DNA of 37,915 bases from positions 223,407 through 261,321 of the forward strand of contig NW_003314415.1 of the NCBI RefSeq assembly GCF_000143415.4, given 5' to 3'. The position numbers were made by a program, and so were the translations under genes. This document shows, in pieces, positions 35,000 through 37,915 of this stretch. Position 1 is the stretch's first letter, and each line of letters opens with the position of its first letter. The notes beneath the pieces are model-generated. The model was given only the letters and a program-made list of their open reading frames with translations, had not been told where the DNA came from and ran no database searches. Source of the DNA: Selaginella moellendorffii. Its lineage: Eukaryota > Plantae > Lycopodiophyta.

Positions 35000-37140
35000 T
35001 GAGCTTAGCTCAAAAACTACCCAGTCCTTACCATATCACCCCTCCTATCCTACATAACTTTAAAATAAGATATTTCAAAGCCTAATGATCCAAATAAAAA
35101 ATAGACTCCTTTCCCAGTAGATAGTGATGATATTGATGCATAGTGAAGATCATTCCAAATCCTTCATGCTCTGTGCTGAACTGCTATTAAGAGCTGCTAG
35201 CTATCATAATTAAGAGGATGATCCCATTCATCCTCTGTAGGTTGGCATAAAACCAAGCCAATTGCCACTGCTAAAGCATCCGCATGAATATGAAAATCTT
35301 GGGACTAATCTAGCATCTTCAAAATTGGAGCTGTGACCAGAGCCTACTTCAACACCTTAAAAGCTTGCTATCGGTAGCCTATCCACTCATACTTTACATC
35401 TTTGAGCAACAGCTCTGTCAAAGCTAAAGCTTTTTCCACATAACTTTACATAAATCTGTAATGATAGTTTTCATTTTTTATAGCAATAGACGTACACATG
35501 CATGTATACGGGATGAGATGAACTTATTGTGCATGTGGGTCCTAGGTATGGATTGTTTATAGCACAATTATACCAAGTGCAAAAGAGAAGAAATTAAAAA
35601 AGCTATAAGGAAAAAAATCTAGACAATGCAAAAGCTAAATTTAAACTAAAATCCTAAATCCAAGCACTCTTGAGGGACAATCAAAATTTCACCAATTGCA
35701 ATTGCCTGATATCCACTAGAGTTGGTAGTGCTTGTATCAACCTAGGATCAATAACTAAACCATCCTGTGAAACAATCTGACCTAATAATACTTCAAAACT
35801 ACACTTAAAAGGATGTAATGAGATCTTGAATTGCCTATACCTATTAAAACATAAAGCTAGTTTTTCCAAGTATTGTCATTGATCTGTAAATATGCTGAAA
35901 TCATCCAGAAATACCTCTATAAAATCCTGTATATATGGCTGAAAAGCTATTATGACTACTCTTTGAAATGTCATTGGAGCATTGGATAGGCCAAAAGGCC
36001 AACCCTATATGCATAACACCCCCACTCCATCACAAAAATGGTCTTTAGTTGGTCCTCTACTATTTGCACTTGACTATAACCACTGAAGCCATCCAGGAAA
36101 GAATAGAGCTTATGCCTTGCCACTAAATACAACATTGTATCAGTAAATGGCAACAAAAAACCATCCTTAAAAACCATTGTTGATTTATTCAACTTTCTAT
36201 AATTTACATAGACCCTAAGCTGTCCACACTTCTTCTTGACAATGACAATAGGAGAAAGCCACTTATTGATTTCCACCTCGAAATTAATCCCAGTTGCAAC
36301 AGCTTCTTTATCTCCTCTTGCCTTGCTCTTGAATAATGTGGATTGGTCCTGTAAAGCCTTTGATGAACAAGAATAACTCCAAGAATCAAAGGAATTTGAT
36401 AGATAACCAGCATAGGATCAATGTCTTGCATATCTTCATATTTCCATATATATACTTGTATAGTAACTTCATAAATTCTCTCCTTCCAACTTTGCTCTTA
36501 TCTTCACTAGTCGAGACTCTTCCACAATTCCAAGGTCCAAATCCACTAGCACTAGAGACTTGATAAACCTATTTGCCTTCCCTGCATGTATAGTTGGTTC
36601 CTCACAAATTCCATGGTTTTTCTGCCCCTAAAAATGCTTTGGATACTCAAGCAACTTCTCCTCATCTGTTGGCTCTGAAAACTCAACCTTAACCATGCTA
36701 TAATTTATATCACCTCTTTACAACCAAAGCTTTAGATGATCACTGGTAGTATCACACTCAAAAGGTGGCAAAATGAGATCACCATAAGTTGGTAAGGAAG
36801 AATATTGTACCCAAGCTACTTCCTCATTTTCCTTGCTAGAACTTGAGATATTTGAAATACTATCCTCGACCTCATCACTTCCAAAAGTAGTATCACTACT
36901 ATCATCCTTATCATCAAGTTCTTTATCCTCAAATCATGCTGATTTTGGAACTCCGACATGAACACTCACTCGGACTTTCCTCTTGACATTTCCATCAGTT
37001 ATCTACATCAATCCTCTTTACTAGTAACTCATAGCATTATCTTGTATTAACCATGGCCGGCCTAGAAGAAGCAGATAAGTCAACTCGCCCATACTCATTT
37101 AGAAAACCACAAAATCTACACAAAATTGGATCTCTACTAT
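35000..37140 (-). mobile_element. Degraded Gypsy PR-RT-RH fragment, copy A' (inverted paralog of 1-1585)
   Basis: LLLGRPWL, SFLDGFSGYSQV and HADALAVAIGLVLCQ. 35321-36850 is the reverse complement of 1-1585. Confidence 0.9.
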
Positions 37141-37500
37141 CACCACCTGAATTCTTGTGAGCACACTTGGTGGCTTGACTCTCCTTTGATCTGCCGAGCT
37201 AGGAGCAAAAGATAGGGAGATGGAAAAGCAGCAAAGAGAGGCATATCTTGATTGAGGAGTGTCTTTTTAGTGTTTTGAAGAGCATCTAGCGTTCCAATTG
37301 AGAAGCATCTTAAAGTATTCAAGCTTTCTTGCTAAAACCCTAGCAGTAAAACCCTAAAAATTAACAGTCATGATCAATGGTCACAATCAATGGTTACGAT
37401 CAATTTTTTAACAGTACTTTGGATATATTTATTGGACAAATCCACTATGAACATAGATTTCATGTGTTCTTTCCAAGGAGACAATCATTCAATGCTTTAG

Positions 37501-37915
37501 ATATTAATTGTATAATTGATTGTGAAAGGAATAATACTATTGAAATAAATGGGGTTATGAGTGAGAGGCACCAATTAATCACAAGAGTTGTAGCATTAAT
37601 TGCTTGTTCTCCCTCTCATCTCCATGTTCTTTTCCCTTCAAAAGAGTTTCATTCTTTTGTGATAAGTGAGAGAGATTCAAGCTCGAAAAGGTTAACCTTT
37701 TTAGGCTTGAGTCTCTCTCACTTATCACAAGAGAATAAAACTCTAGAGATATATCAGAATGTTAAAGAGCTACCCATATTAATTGTATAATTGATTGTGA
37801 GAGGAATAATACTGTTGAATTGAATGGGGTTATGAGCGAGAAGCACCGATTAATCACGAGAATTGTAACATTAATTGTTTGTTCTCCCTCTCATCTCCAT
37901 GTTCTTTTCCCTTCA
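37501..37915. repeat. 275-bp-period tandem repeat running off the window end
   Basis: 37501-37640 is repeated at 37776-37915 with scattered substitutions. Confidence 0.88.

Noticed and set aside
1-36850. One giant palindrome or TIR element spanning the window
   Set aside because: The outer and inner inverted repeats have different centres (~18.4 kb and ~13.7 kb), and the arms are retroelement debris.
37377-37790. 137-aa ORF
   Set aside because: It overlaps the tandem repeat, is AT-rich and has no recognisable motif.

Overview
Repeat-rich land-plant nuclear DNA, probably a non-seed plant: one TOP1 intron is 49 bp, which is Selaginella-like, but this is inference. Most of the window is nested, C>T-degraded Ty3/Gypsy LTR retrotransposons. 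Two have both LTRs, a PBS, a PPT and a TSD (2086-7116 + and 22949-28965 -). There is also a 1154-bp solo LTR with a perfect TSD, and an inverted duplicate of a dead pol fragment at the two ends of the window. Two non-routine islands stand out. (1) 9.6-17.9 kb is a cluster of intronless receptor-like kinases whose ectodomain is a kissper+kiwellin (DPBB) domain fused to a TM helix and a non-RD (HLD) SD-2b-like kinase. One copy is intact, one is C-terminally truncated, one is a pseudogene, and two are remnants. Two RLK types are wired head-to-head across a ~280-bp shared module and co-duplicated with a secreted Cys-rich 3D/MltA-like protein of microbial appearance. (2) 29.9-34.9 kb holds a short SGS3-like zf-XS ORF, an array of seven ~60-bp hairpins, and a decayed spliced gene with a ParB/Srx-like DGNHR domain and a C-terminal beta-class N4C/N6A DNA-methyltransferase domain. 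A spliced TOP1 3' pseudogene lies at 18.1-19.0 kb. All family assignments come from motif recognition by eye, not from database searches.
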